Of a DNA stretch of 53,170 nucleotides, positions 30,472 to 39,151 are shown one piece after another. This DNA is from a virus (lineage: Duplodnaviria > Caudoviricetes). The stretch's first letter is position 1. Every line of letters starts with the position of its first letter. A program made the position numbers and the translations under genes. The stretch covers positions 1 to 53,170 of IMG/VR virus record IMGVR_UViG_3300009703_000024; one strand, given 5' to 3'. The notes beneath the pieces are model-generated. The model was not told where the DNA came from. It made no database searches and worked only from the letters and a program-made list of their open reading frames with translations.

Positions 30472-31284
30472 TTAAGAGAGGCGACCCGCTATATTTTCTA
30501 TTTGGCTGGCTATTTCCTCTATAAGCCCAACATTGCCGTAATTACCACTTTTCTTTATTTGTGCAAGGCGTTCTTCCATTGGTGCTATATTCCAATTACC
30601 ATCTGCTCGATTGCCACCATCGTTTAGGTGCATGTGCAAACTACTACTCTTTTCATCATAGCCTGTTTGTGATACTGATGGTATTTGGGCCTTTTCAGAT
30701 ATGAACGTGTTTTTTCGTGAAGGGGCATCAGTATAATTAGGTAGCACTTGATTGGTGCTATAACCCCTTGATTCAACTGGAATGCCGCCACCGTGGTCGT
30801 AAAATTCCGGTACTGATGATTTGTCAGTTGGCTCTTGCTCATACTTGACTACGATACCTTTGCTCTCTAGGAACTCGGTTGTCTTATCCATCTTCGTTTT
30901 AATGTCTGATGGCTTACAACTCGGACAGTATGCCGACCCGCTATCATCTGCGGCTTCGTGGTGCAAACCCTCATAATTCCTAATTTCCGCAGAACAACCT
31001 TCCTTAGAACAAATCCGTTCTTCCTTCCCAAAGTTAGGCTTATCATCGTCACCCTCTTTGGGCTTGTTATGCTTCTGTTTCTTGGATTTGGGTAGTTTTG
31101 GTTTTTTCTCATCACCCTTGTTAGGTTTGAAAGAACTCGCATCTGGTCCACAAACACATGGATTCGGGGGGCAATCATTAGAACAATATGTATTTTTTTG
31201 AATTACTGCACTTTCCAGTTCTTTTACTATTTGTAATAGTTCTCCTTCAAGAGTCTGTGCTGGGTCTTTCCATGTTGGTTGCAT
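30472..31284 (-). CDS. Hypothetical head-module protein with Cys clusters
   Basis: 270 aa with CSNDCPPNPCVC and CSKEGC...CPSC; AGGTGA SD. Confidence 0.7.
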   Translation of the reverse strand: MQPTWKDPAQTLEGELLQIVKELESAVIQKNTYCSNDCPPNPCVCGPDASSFKPNKGDEKKPKLPKSKKQKHNKPKEGDDDKPNFGKEERICSKEGCSAEIRNYEGLHHEAADDSGSAYCPSCKPSDIKTKMDKTTEFLESKGIVVKYEQEPTDKSSVPEFYDHGGGIPVESRGYSTNQVLPNYTDAPSRKNTFISEKAQIPSVSQTGYDEKSSSLHMHLNDGGNRADGNWNIAPMEERLAQIKKSGNYGNVGLIEEIASQIENIAGRLS

Positions 31285-31290
31285 TTGTTA

Positions 31291-31647
31291 TCACCTATAC
31301 TTTAATGAAGAGGGGGTTTGATTAGGGGATGGCATTGCCTTTTCCATCTCTTTCCACTCATGTAGTGTTTCACTGGGGCTTTTAACAATTGACGAATCAG
31401 TATTAAAACCAGAAGTAAATGTTGTTTCATCAATTTCACGCTGCAATGGGTCGAATACCTCTTCTGCCATTGGTGTTACGGCACGAAGCCACCCTGCCTT
31501 TTTCATCATGGTTTCAGGGTCATCCATTGCTTTGAGTAATGATGTATTATGTGATTCTAATGTATCTATTCGCTGACGGAGAGTGCGTATCTCTTCGACC
31601 ATCTCTTTGAGTAAGTCTGCTGTTGCTTCACCAATATCGTCAGTCAT
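31291..31647 (-). CDS. Coiled-coil hypothetical protein
   Basis: Start placed at MTDDIGE just after the upstream stop; heptad pattern LLKEMVEEIRTLRQRIDTLE. Confidence 0.7.
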   Translation of the reverse strand: MTDDIGEATADLLKEMVEEIRTLRQRIDTLESHNTSLLKAMDDPETMMKKAGWLRAVTPMAEEVFDPLQREIDETTFTSGFNTDSSIVKSPSETLHEWKEMEKAMPSPNQTPSSLKYR

Positions 31648-31648
31648 A

Positions 31649-32254
31649 TCACATAGCCCCCATTCCGGGTGGCATTCCACCCATTGGTCCGGGTGAAGGC
31701 GCACCACCGGGTGGCATACCCATTGGACCGGGTGCTGGCATATTTTGAAGGCCCATCAATTCGGGTGGCAAACCACCCATTTCATCACCACCGATAGGAT
31801 GATTTGTCATACTCGCATCCATATTACGAACTGCACCCACCCCTTTTCGCAGTTGTTCAATAGCATCTCTAAAACTTTGTAGTAATTCTTGATGTACTTC
31901 AACAGGCATATCGTCTAAATTGTCACCATAACGAGTTTGCCCGATTGTTCCAACATGGGCGGTAATATCAATTGCCATTTCAGATAAGCGTTGTTCCAAA
32001 TCTGAACACATCTCTTCTGTTGAAGAATAGACTTTGGGGCTATTTGTTAAAGCATCCATTTCTTGAAGTGTAGGACCACCAGACATTTCAGCACTTGGTG
32101 GTGGTGTAAGTGGTGCTGGTGGTGTAACTTGAGCCGGCATATTGGCTAATTGCCCACCTTCACCAGTTGCATCGTCAGCCTTTCTTAGTAAATTATGTTG
32201 AAAATCAATAACCTGCATACGGCCCGCAATATTAGGTTCAGACCAATATGTCAT
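31649..32254 (-). CDS. Helical protein with Pro/Gly/Met-rich tail
   Basis: GAGTGA SD before MTYWSEP; C-terminus PGPMGMPPGG...MGGMPPGMGAM. Confidence 0.7.
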   Translation of the reverse strand: MTYWSEPNIAGRMQVIDFQHNLLRKADDATGEGGQLANMPAQVTPPAPLTPPPSAEMSGGPTLQEMDALTNSPKVYSSTEEMCSDLEQRLSEMAIDITAHVGTIGQTRYGDNLDDMPVEVHQELLQSFRDAIEQLRKGVGAVRNMDASMTNHPIGGDEMGGLPPELMGLQNMPAPGPMGMPPGGAPSPGPMGGMPPGMGAM

Positions 32255-32259
32255 TAATA

Positions 32260-32643
32260 TCACTCACTTTGGGGTCTCCAAATAGTTGAGGAACGGCCCA
32301 TGCGTGAAATACCAAGAACAACTGCCCCTTCGGTTCCATCATAATCGCTCACAGTATTGTTGTGTTGTGAAATGTTACCCATAGGCAATCCCTCACCAAC
32401 TACCCCTTCACTATCACTTTTTGTAATGCTCGCTGTTTGTTCAAATGATTGTACTAAATTCAAATCTTTTTTGAGAGCAGAAAGGGCATTTTCAGCATCT
32501 TCAATGTGCTTACTAACATCTTCTGTATTCTTATGAACCAGTGCATTTTGCATTGCCTCTAGGCTCGCTAAAGCCCTACGAGCCATAGGTTCCATTTTTT
32601 CCAATAATCCAAAATCAAGAAAGCCGTCTGTCATCTTAACCAC
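32260..32643 (-). CDS. Hypothetical helical protein downstream of portal
   Basis: 127 aa, preceded by a TATA-like intergenic sequence and GGGGTG. Confidence 0.7.
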   Translation of the reverse strand: MVKMTDGFLDFGLLEKMEPMARRALASLEAMQNALVHKNTEDVSKHIEDAENALSALKKDLNLVQSFEQTASITKSDSEGVVGEGLPMGNISQHNNTVSDYDGTEGAVVLGISRMGRSSTIWRPQSE

Positions 32644-32659
32644 CCCTTCCGAAAGCCTC

Positions 32660-32683
32660 CCATTTATTCAAGGTTCCCCTTTA
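32660..32683 (-). promoter_or_regulatory. Putative BRE/TATA-like element GGGGAACCTTGAATAAAT
   Basis: Intergenic. Related AACC(C)TT motifs occur in the intergenic gaps at about 47170 and 48810. Confidence 0.35.
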
Positions 32684-34462
32684 TTATAACCCATATCTCC
32701 GATTCATATTATTTATGCGCTCATCCACATTCTTTTCTGAAACACTTGCTTTGTCCCTTTTATCCTGTTCTGTTTGGCTCATGTGGTGCTCACCATCAAA
32801 GCGACTAACATCTTTAGGTGATTTGCCCCCACTTCGCCTACTATTGATATTTAATTGTGAATCACCCTCCATGCGTAAAGGTGGTAAATCAGTATCAAGT
32901 GTAGTCATAAGAGCAGCGGGTACTGGAACTGACCCATGTATGGGGTCTGATGTGGTACGCTTCAATATATTAGCCATTGACGGGGGTATATTATCCCACA
33001 TTGCTTTTTGAACTGGTGCAGGTGCTACTGCCCCTTCGGGTGGCATCGGTGGTGCGGGCGGTGCTTCCTTGTAATCGAAGTGCAAATAGCCATCATCATC
33101 ACGGAGGGATGCTTCATAGCCCGATTGTTTCATTTGCATCATGTTCCTAATCGCCATTTCATCACGGCGCATAGTCATAATTTCATCTTCCTCTTCATGT
33201 GGTTGTAAAGACATTTTCCATTCAGTAATTTGTAAGGCTTGTATTAATAATGGTAGTAGTTTATCATTGTATAAATTTTGACTAGCGGCTAAAGCACGAT
33301 TAGTCACCACGATTTGCATACCTTCATTGTTAAGACCTCCACCAGATACATCATTCATAAACACATTTGATACACCAAAGAATGATGAAATACGCTGTCT
33401 AATGTCGTCTTTAATAGGGATATATTGTAGTTCTTCAAGTGTGTCCATCATACGAACATACTCAAGGCCACCACGCCCACTCTCCGTTTCAACACCAACA
33501 GTAGGGATATACTGCGGGTCACGCTCAAGGTGTTCCTGTATGTTTCGTGCTGTTCTCTCCACCGTTTCAAGGTTGGATGATTTGATAACCATAACCCCTC
33601 TTGGCATCCTACGCTTTTGATATGCAGCATAGACATAATTATCCATAGCAATTAATGTATTCACTTGACGCCATAATGTGGCTACTGGTGACCGCCCATA
33701 CAATTTAGATGGTGACCATTTACTGATATGAATAACCTCACCTTCGGTATAGACTTGACCTGCACCTACACCCGCCAAATTCATAAATTGAATAGGTATT
33801 ACTGGTAATCCAGTTTTAGGGCATGTTTCATCAGGGTCACTGGTTCGGAATGAACGGTCAAGTAAACTTGTATATTGTTTACCTCCACGAATACCCCTCT
33901 TATCAGCAACAATACGCATAAAAATTGGGTCAGCACGAGTTATCTCTTTGATGCGATAGAATTTTGGTTTGCCCGTAGCAGGGTCTACAAAGTATTCTTT
34001 TGTTAGGATAATATAAGCATCATCAACGATATTCAAATCCATCTCAATTTCACGTAAAACTTCAAGGAATGATTGCCCCATACGGTTATCACTTTCAAGT
34101 AGTGCCTTTGCATACTCTAATTGCCCTTTATCCGCAGGGCGTGTTTCAGAACCGCACTTTTCACATTCTTTTATTTCTTTATTGTATGTTTCTTCACATT
34201 CACGACATTTCGCCACAAATTTCGGTTCCCATTTCCAACCTTTTCGGAATGTTTCAGTAGCCAAATGATTGAGAATTGAACGCAATACTAAACATTCATA
34301 CGCAGCCGCATAAAGAGCAGGGATGGTAATTCCTTGTAATAGTGGTGGTTCTTGAACACCAGAAGTAAACAACGGCATTTCAGGTGTTGGGGTGCTATGT
34401 CGCTCCATATCGACCCCAAGAGCCGCAAAAAGACGGTCAATTCGTTTCTTTTCAGTAGTCAT
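32684..34462 (-). CDS. Portal protein with zinc-ribbon insertion
   Basis: DLNIVDDAYI, EVIHI...LYGRSPV, PRGVMVI and ISSFFGVS match HK97-like portals. CREC...CEKC insertion. Located downstream of TerL. Confidence 0.9.
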   Translation of the reverse strand: MTTEKKRIDRLFAALGVDMERHSTPTPEMPLFTSGVQEPPLLQGITIPALYAAAYECLVLRSILNHLATETFRKGWKWEPKFVAKCRECEETYNKEIKECEKCGSETRPADKGQLEYAKALLESDNRMGQSFLEVLREIEMDLNIVDDAYIILTKEYFVDPATGKPKFYRIKEITRADPIFMRIVADKRGIRGGKQYTSLLDRSFRTSDPDETCPKTGLPVIPIQFMNLAGVGAGQVYTEGEVIHISKWSPSKLYGRSPVATLWRQVNTLIAMDNYVYAAYQKRRMPRGVMVIKSSNLETVERTARNIQEHLERDPQYIPTVGVETESGRGGLEYVRMMDTLEELQYIPIKDDIRQRISSFFGVSNVFMNDVSGGGLNNEGMQIVVTNRALAASQNLYNDKLLPLLIQALQITEWKMSLQPHEEEDEIMTMRRDEMAIRNMMQMKQSGYEASLRDDDGYLHFDYKEAPPAPPMPPEGAVAPAPVQKAMWDNIPPSMANILKRTTSDPIHGSVPVPAALMTTLDTDLPPLRMEGDSQLNINSRRSGGKSPKDVSRFDGEHHMSQTEQDKRDKASVSEKNVDERINNMNRRYGL

Positions 34463-35699
34463 TAATAATCACCTCCTTCCATTTTTCTATTTCCTCTTCT
34501 GATACATTCCATTTTTTTAGAAGTAATGGTTGTTTTTTAAGTGATGATTGTTGATATGCCATAATCCTACCAGCATTTTCATTTTTCTTAATAGCAGAAA
34601 TTAGAATACATACTTCGGATTCTTTTTCCCCTAAAAATGGCATAGCCAGTTGAGAGGCTTTAAGAACTGCTTTTTCACCCTCAAACACAAACTGCCGACC
34701 CTCCCATGTTATATTTTCCACACCCAATTCCTTTTTTAGAATAGTGGTATAATCACCGGCTCTTTTAGTATTAAATGGTAATAAAATTCGTGGCTGGCCT
34801 AAACTACCAATTTCCACCGAACCACCGACTTCCCACAAACTACCAATAAATGGGCCGACCGCTTTGAGGAATATTGGTGGTTTATTAGTACCATAATAAA
34901 GGGTTCTATCATCAGACTTTTTACCTTGACCCACCACTTTCACATCATACAAAAACCCATACGATTTAATCAAAGAACCTAACTCTTTGGTATTGGCACA
35001 AACGCCATAAGAAGTCAAAGTTAGCGCATTCATATCACCGTGTTTTCGTATGGTATCATAAGTAGTTGAAAGAATGTTTCTTTCACGGCGACTTAGACGT
35101 TGTTCAGCATTTAGCCTAATGTTCCATTGTTCCCATACTTTTTCAATATTATCACCCCTCTTCAAAGCCGCTAGTGTTTGCCTTAATGGTAATTCTAATC
35201 TGTTGGGATAAGAACGTAATAAATTAAAATCATTATCACGAAGTTGCAGTAATGACCAATCCTTATCATCCCACCAATCAAATGTTTTCATTATTGCATT
35301 TTGTTCATTTTTTAACATATCGACTACTTGGGGTATTAATGACTCTTCACCACCCTCTTTCAATAATTCAATTAAATCCCCACCATTAATACCAAAACTA
35401 TCCATAAAAAAGGATTTACCAACATACGCTACATCGGTCAATTCTGTTCCCGGTTGCTCATCTGGTATTGATTCATTTTCATTGCCTTGTAATCCTTGAA
35501 TATCTCCATCAGGTGCAAGGGATTGTTCTTGTTTTGGCTTTTCAAGGGCTTGTTGTATTTGCTCTATGGTTTCCTTTGAACCTTCTAAATTTTGGTCTAA
35601 ACCTTCATTTGTTGATGGTTGTTTAATACCACTATCTAGCACTTTATGGATAGCATCTTCAATGCTTCGTATTTGTGGGTCCCAGTGTATTTCTATCAT
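34452..35699 (-). CDS. Protein with C-terminal degenerate LAGLIDADG-like domain
   Basis: FIGSLWEVGGSVEI...ILKKELG...AMPFLGEK follows the LAGLIDADG pattern, but the catalytic acidic position is Gly. Start placed at the ATGA overlap with the TerL stop. Confidence 0.55.
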   Translation of the reverse strand: MIEIHWDPQIRSIEDAIHKVLDSGIKQPSTNEGLDQNLEGSKETIEQIQQALEKPKQEQSLAPDGDIQGLQGNENESIPDEQPGTELTDVAYVGKSFFMDSFGINGGDLIELLKEGGEESLIPQVVDMLKNEQNAIMKTFDWWDDKDWSLLQLRDNDFNLLRSYPNRLELPLRQTLAALKRGDNIEKVWEQWNIRLNAEQRLSRRERNILSTTYDTIRKHGDMNALTLTSYGVCANTKELGSLIKSYGFLYDVKVVGQGKKSDDRTLYYGTNKPPIFLKAVGPFIGSLWEVGGSVEIGSLGQPRILLPFNTKRAGDYTTILKKELGVENITWEGRQFVFEGEKAVLKASQLAMPFLGEKESEVCILISAIKKNENAGRIMAYQQSSLKKQPLLLKKWNVSEEEIEKWKEVIINDY

Positions 35700-37132
35700 G
35701 CGTCTGCCCACCCTAATCTCTTGGCCCATGATGAACCATCAAGAACTACTATATTGTCTTTATATTCCTTAGTCGCTTGTACTGCCAAAGCCAAAGCGAT
35801 TACACTATCGTCATGTTTACCCAATGATTCCATTCTCCCGTTTGGTAACATAGTAAACATAGATAGTTCGGATAATAAAATATCTATTAGTCTAAGAGTA
35901 GCACCTTCATCCTTTTGAGGGATAATCAAATGCCGTTGTTCAAAGTGCAATTGAAGTGCATGGATAACTGCCTCTTTACGCATACGACTCATAGTAAAGG
36001 GTTTGATAGGTAAATCACTAATCTCCTTCAATACTTGATGGAATGCCTGTGCGAAATTGTTTGTTTCCAATTCAACAATAACTGGATTGTACCTAGCACT
36101 TAACTCTATGATTTTATCAATTTGAGAGTTAAAATCCATACCCTTTTCACGGTGCATCCACACTATCCGCTTATGTCGGTTTTCATCCATAGCGATAACT
36201 ACCATACAAGTATAATCGGCTTTTCGGTCAGGGCTAATAGCGGGGTCCCAACCAATGTAGTAGTTCTCTTCAACATCATCATCACCTTTTTGTGAATCAA
36301 ACTCAAAGGCATAATCAGCATTTTTACACGGGTCGGTCATTTCGTTAGGGAATAAACTAGATTCACTCGCTATTGGTTTACATAGATATTCACGAGTAAA
36401 TGCAATAGAAGTCATTTCATTACGGCGAGAGTGTAGTGCTTCTAGTGACCACCGATTAGGCCATAGGGGTTCACCAGTAGCCTCACTAATAGCGGGGTAT
36501 TCCCTCACTTCATACCCACTTAATGATTTCAATTCACTATACAAATCAGTATAGGAGAACGGCGTTCCAACAATACACAGTTGCGCTGTGTGGTGAAGCA
36601 CAGGTAATAGAGCAGTATAGAACCATTGAGCAATAGAAGCCAATTGAGTATCGGCTTCACTAGATAATATATCGTCAAGCACCACAATATCAGGGTGCGC
36701 CCCACGAACCGATTTACCAACAGACATAGCAGTAATTGATGATTTATTGGTCATTTTGAACTTTTGTTTCGCCCAACCTCTTTTTGGTTTCAAATGCGAA
36801 AGAACGGGGCTACTCATAATTAACTCATCCATTTTTGCCATGTGGTCAATAGATTGGTGCTGACTATGTGAAAAGAATAATACTTCTGTGCCGGGATTGT
36901 ACGCCATTTTCCATAGCAAATAACAACGGTAAAAGACTGATTTACCGTGGTCACGAGATGCTATTACACAGGTTTTATTATTTTTTTCCGACATTTCATA
37001 CCATTCGTTGTGAAAATGAGCCAATTCGTATTTTTCATTTACACTACAAACATCTTCAAAAAAGTATCTGAAATCACGGCGACCCATCTCCCAATCAACC
37101 TTACTGGCAAGGTTGAGTACAGATTCGCTCAC
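35696..37132 (-). CDS. terL: Terminase large subunit
   Basis: Walker A ASRDHGKS, Walker B IVVLDD, coupling motif VGTP, nuclease IGWDPA...DYT and HDDSVIALALA. Start placed at the GTGA overlap. Confidence 0.95.
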   Translation of the reverse strand: MSESVLNLASKVDWEMGRRDFRYFFEDVCSVNEKYELAHFHNEWYEMSEKNNKTCVIASRDHGKSVFYRCYLLWKMAYNPGTEVLFFSHSQHQSIDHMAKMDELIMSSPVLSHLKPKRGWAKQKFKMTNKSSITAMSVGKSVRGAHPDIVVLDDILSSEADTQLASIAQWFYTALLPVLHHTAQLCIVGTPFSYTDLYSELKSLSGYEVREYPAISEATGEPLWPNRWSLEALHSRRNEMTSIAFTREYLCKPIASESSLFPNEMTDPCKNADYAFEFDSQKGDDDVEENYYIGWDPAISPDRKADYTCMVVIAMDENRHKRIVWMHREKGMDFNSQIDKIIELSARYNPVIVELETNNFAQAFHQVLKEISDLPIKPFTMSRMRKEAVIHALQLHFEQRHLIIPQKDEGATLRLIDILLSELSMFTMLPNGRMESLGKHDDSVIALALAVQATKEYKDNIVVLDGSSWAKRLGWADA

Positions 37133-38214
37133 GATACGCCACCTTCCGCCCACCCACCGGGCAGAAGGCTATAATCAGAAGCACCTTCCTGTGGTGGCTT
37201 CGTGTCTTTAATTAAACCAAAAGGTAGTAGTGATACATCATCATCTGCACTTAATTCAAAGTCTTCACCTAACCAGTTGGTAAGGTTCTCTCTAGCAGCA
37301 CCTTCAGGTTCCTTCTTTTTAGCAGGGTCATATATGGAATGGTCAGGTGGTGTAGCCGCAGGTGCAGGTGGTGTAGCCGCAGGTGCAGGTGGTGTAGCCG
37401 CAGGTGCAGGTGGTGTAGCCGCAGGTGCAGGTGCAGGTGTAGCCGCAGGTGCAGGTGCAGGTGACATAGCGTCTACTGCGTTTGCTGCCCTTTGTGCTTC
37501 CAAGCCAGCAAGGGCTTCATCCCTTTTTGCTTGCGCTTTAGGAACAGTCATTCTTTGAGTGTTGCCAAGAAATTGTTGATGAATTTTATCTTTTTCTGCG
37601 TTCACACTTGGTGGTGTTGCTGTTTGTTGTGGAACAGAAGCACCGCCTTTCAATCCTTGAAGTTCTGCACTACGTTCTTTGCTTCGCCTATCTAATTGCC
37701 CTGCTGTGGTGTTATCAGTTGCAGTTGGAAGTGACGGTGGGGTTGCTTGAACTGACTGGGCCATACCTGTCAAATTGGAATTATCTCTAGGTTTCGCCAT
37801 ATCTGCCCTCATTGCATCCACTTTAGGGGTGGGTTTGGGTGCTTGAACATCTTGAATCAAACCACCGTGTTTTTGTGCAAACTTTTGTGGTGTTACTTCA
37901 TTTTCTTTTGTGTGCTGTTCTTGTAACGCATACCATTCTTTACGCCTTTCAGGGCTTAATGCCTTTATGTCTTTGTGGCGTTGCCACCATGCACTAGGAC
38001 CACCTTGTGGGCGGTGTTTCCACCATGCTCTAGGACCACCTTGTGGGGCATTTAATGTTTCGTCTACCCCTTGATTAAAGTTCCTCGGTGCTTTAATGAC
38101 ATCATCCCAAACAGCATTGAAAACACTATCAGAATCGACACCTTTGCGTAAGGTTGTTTTACCTATCATTTCACTACGGGCTTTGAGCAAAAGTAAATCA
38201 TAACGGTCTGACAA
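37129..38214 (-). CDS. Pro/Ala/Gln-rich low-complexity protein
   Basis: 361 aa, TTG start with GGGGG SD; APAATPP repeats; N-terminal VFNAVWDDVIKA. Confidence 0.75.
   Translation of the reverse strand: MSDRYDLLLLKARSEMIGKTTLRKGVDSDSVFNAVWDDVIKAPRNFNQGVDETLNAPQGGPRAWWKHRPQGGPSAWWQRHKDIKALSPERRKEWYALQEQHTKENEVTPQKFAQKHGGLIQDVQAPKPTPKVDAMRADMAKPRDNSNLTGMAQSVQATPPSLPTATDNTTAGQLDRRSKERSAELQGLKGGASVPQQTATPPSVNAEKDKIHQQFLGNTQRMTVPKAQAKRDEALAGLEAQRAANAVDAMSPAPAPAATPAPAPAATPPAPAATPPAPAATPPAPAATPPDHSIYDPAKKKEPEGAARENLTNWLGEDFELSADDDVSLLPFGLIKDTKPPQEGASDYSLLPGGWAEGGVS
37344..37463. repeat. Coding tandem repeat: 4 x 21 bp (caggtggtgtagccgcaggtg) plus degenerate units
   Basis: Four perfect copies at 37344..37427 encode APAATPP on the minus strand. 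Confidence 0.95.
37984..38047. repeat. Coding duplication with 36-bp period (PQGGP[R/S]AWW x2)
   Basis: ccaccatgc(a/t)ctaggaccaccttgtggg at 37984 and 38020. Confidence 0.9.
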
Positions 38215-38226
38215 ACTTCAAACCCC

Positions 38227-39150
38227 CTACAATGTGCGCCTAATTTTAATATGTGCTATGTTTTTGTGAATGTTATTTGCTGAATCATAGGCGGTAGTAG
38301 GGTCGTCAAACGAAGTAGTGAAATTACCTTGACCCTGTTCTCGTAGTTTGTTTCGCCCTTGACGCCGTTGATTCCAGTTACTCAATCCTTGAATAGCCCC
38401 CGAACCACCAAAAGTGGCAAGATTCAACAACGGATTCATCCCTATACCACCTGTCTTTTGTGATTGGGCCGTAGCATTGGCAACTTGGGCTTGTTGTGCC
38501 ATTGTTGCTGGGTCATTACTAACACCGCCTCCGCCACCACCTGCTGGTGCTGGTGCTGGTGCTGGTGCTGGTGCTGGTGCTGGTGCGCCGGGTACACCGC
38601 CACCTCCCATATTGAAGTTTATACCACCAGCAAACCCAGTTGGACCTTGTGGACCTGCGGCTGGGCGTGGTCGTGCTGGTGGACCTTGTGGGTGGCCGGG
38701 TGGAAATTTCCCCCCTCTCGATGGTGTAGTTACTGGTACTGGTGGTTGTGTTGGTCGTCTTGGACCTGCTGCTGCTGGTCCCGCTGCTGCTGCTGGTGCG
38801 CCGGCTGGTGGTGCTGGTGCGCCGGCTGGTGGTGGTGGTGCGCCGGCTGGTGGTGGTGGTGCGCCGGCTGGTGGTGGTGGTGCGCCGGCTGGTTGTGCGC
38901 CGGCTGGTGGTGGTGGTGCGCCAACTGGTGGTGGTGCTGCTGGTGTTGTAGCACCGGGTGGACCTGCTGGTACGGTGTGTTGTGTTGTTGGTTTTTGGGG
39001 ATTTGAACCCTTTGGTAATGCGAATTGATTAGGTTTGAAAAAGTCAGCATTTGTATTTTGTTGTGTTGTAGTTAGGTTTTTACTAATCATTTCACGCTCT
39101 CTACGCATTAACAACATTGCTCGCCTATCCGCACCAAACTCGTTTCTCAT
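38227..39150 (-). CDS. Pro/Gly/Ala-rich low-complexity protein
   Basis: About 307 aa with PPPPAGA and (PA)n runs. This frame is colinear with its neighbours and has normal termini. Confidence 0.75.
   Translation of the reverse strand: MRNEFGADRRAMLLMRREREMISKNLTTTQQNTNADFFKPNQFALPKGSNPQKPTTQHTVPAGPPGATTPAAPPPVGAPPPPAGAQPAGAPPPPAGAPPPPAGAPPPPAGAPAPPAGAPAAAAGPAAAGPRRPTQPPVPVTTPSRGGKFPPGHPQGPPARPRPAAGPQGPTGFAGGINFNMGGGGVPGAPAPAPAPAPAPAPAGGGGGGVSNDPATMAQQAQVANATAQSQKTGGIGMNPLLNLATFGGSGAIQGLSNWNQRRQGRNKLREQGQGNFTTSFDDPTTAYDSANNIHKNIAHIKIRRTL
38542..38586. repeat. 6-bp microsatellite (tgctgg)n, about 7 copies, encoding (PA)n
   Basis: Seen directly in sequence. Confidence 0.9.
38790..38940. repeat. 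21-bp tandem repeat (tggtgcgccggctggtggtgg-like) encoding PPPPAGA
   Basis: Several near-identical units seen directly. Confidence 0.9.
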
Positions 39151-39151
39151 A

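Noticed and set aside
34452-37132. Active homing endonuclease or intein associated with TerL
   Set aside because: TerL is of normal length with no intein motifs, and the neighbouring LAGLIDADG-like motif lacks the catalytic acid.
37344-38940. 21-bp tandem repeats as CRISPR or iterons
   Set aside because: Head-to-tail with no spacers, unit lengths are multiples of 3, and they encode Pro/Ala linkers.
38414-39050. Trp/Cys-rich, His-rich (HHHHQPA), Val/Arg-rich and Gly/Ala-rich ORFs in other frames
   Set aside because: Shadow frames of the GC-rich Pro/Ala repeat; only 38227..39150 is colinear with the operon.
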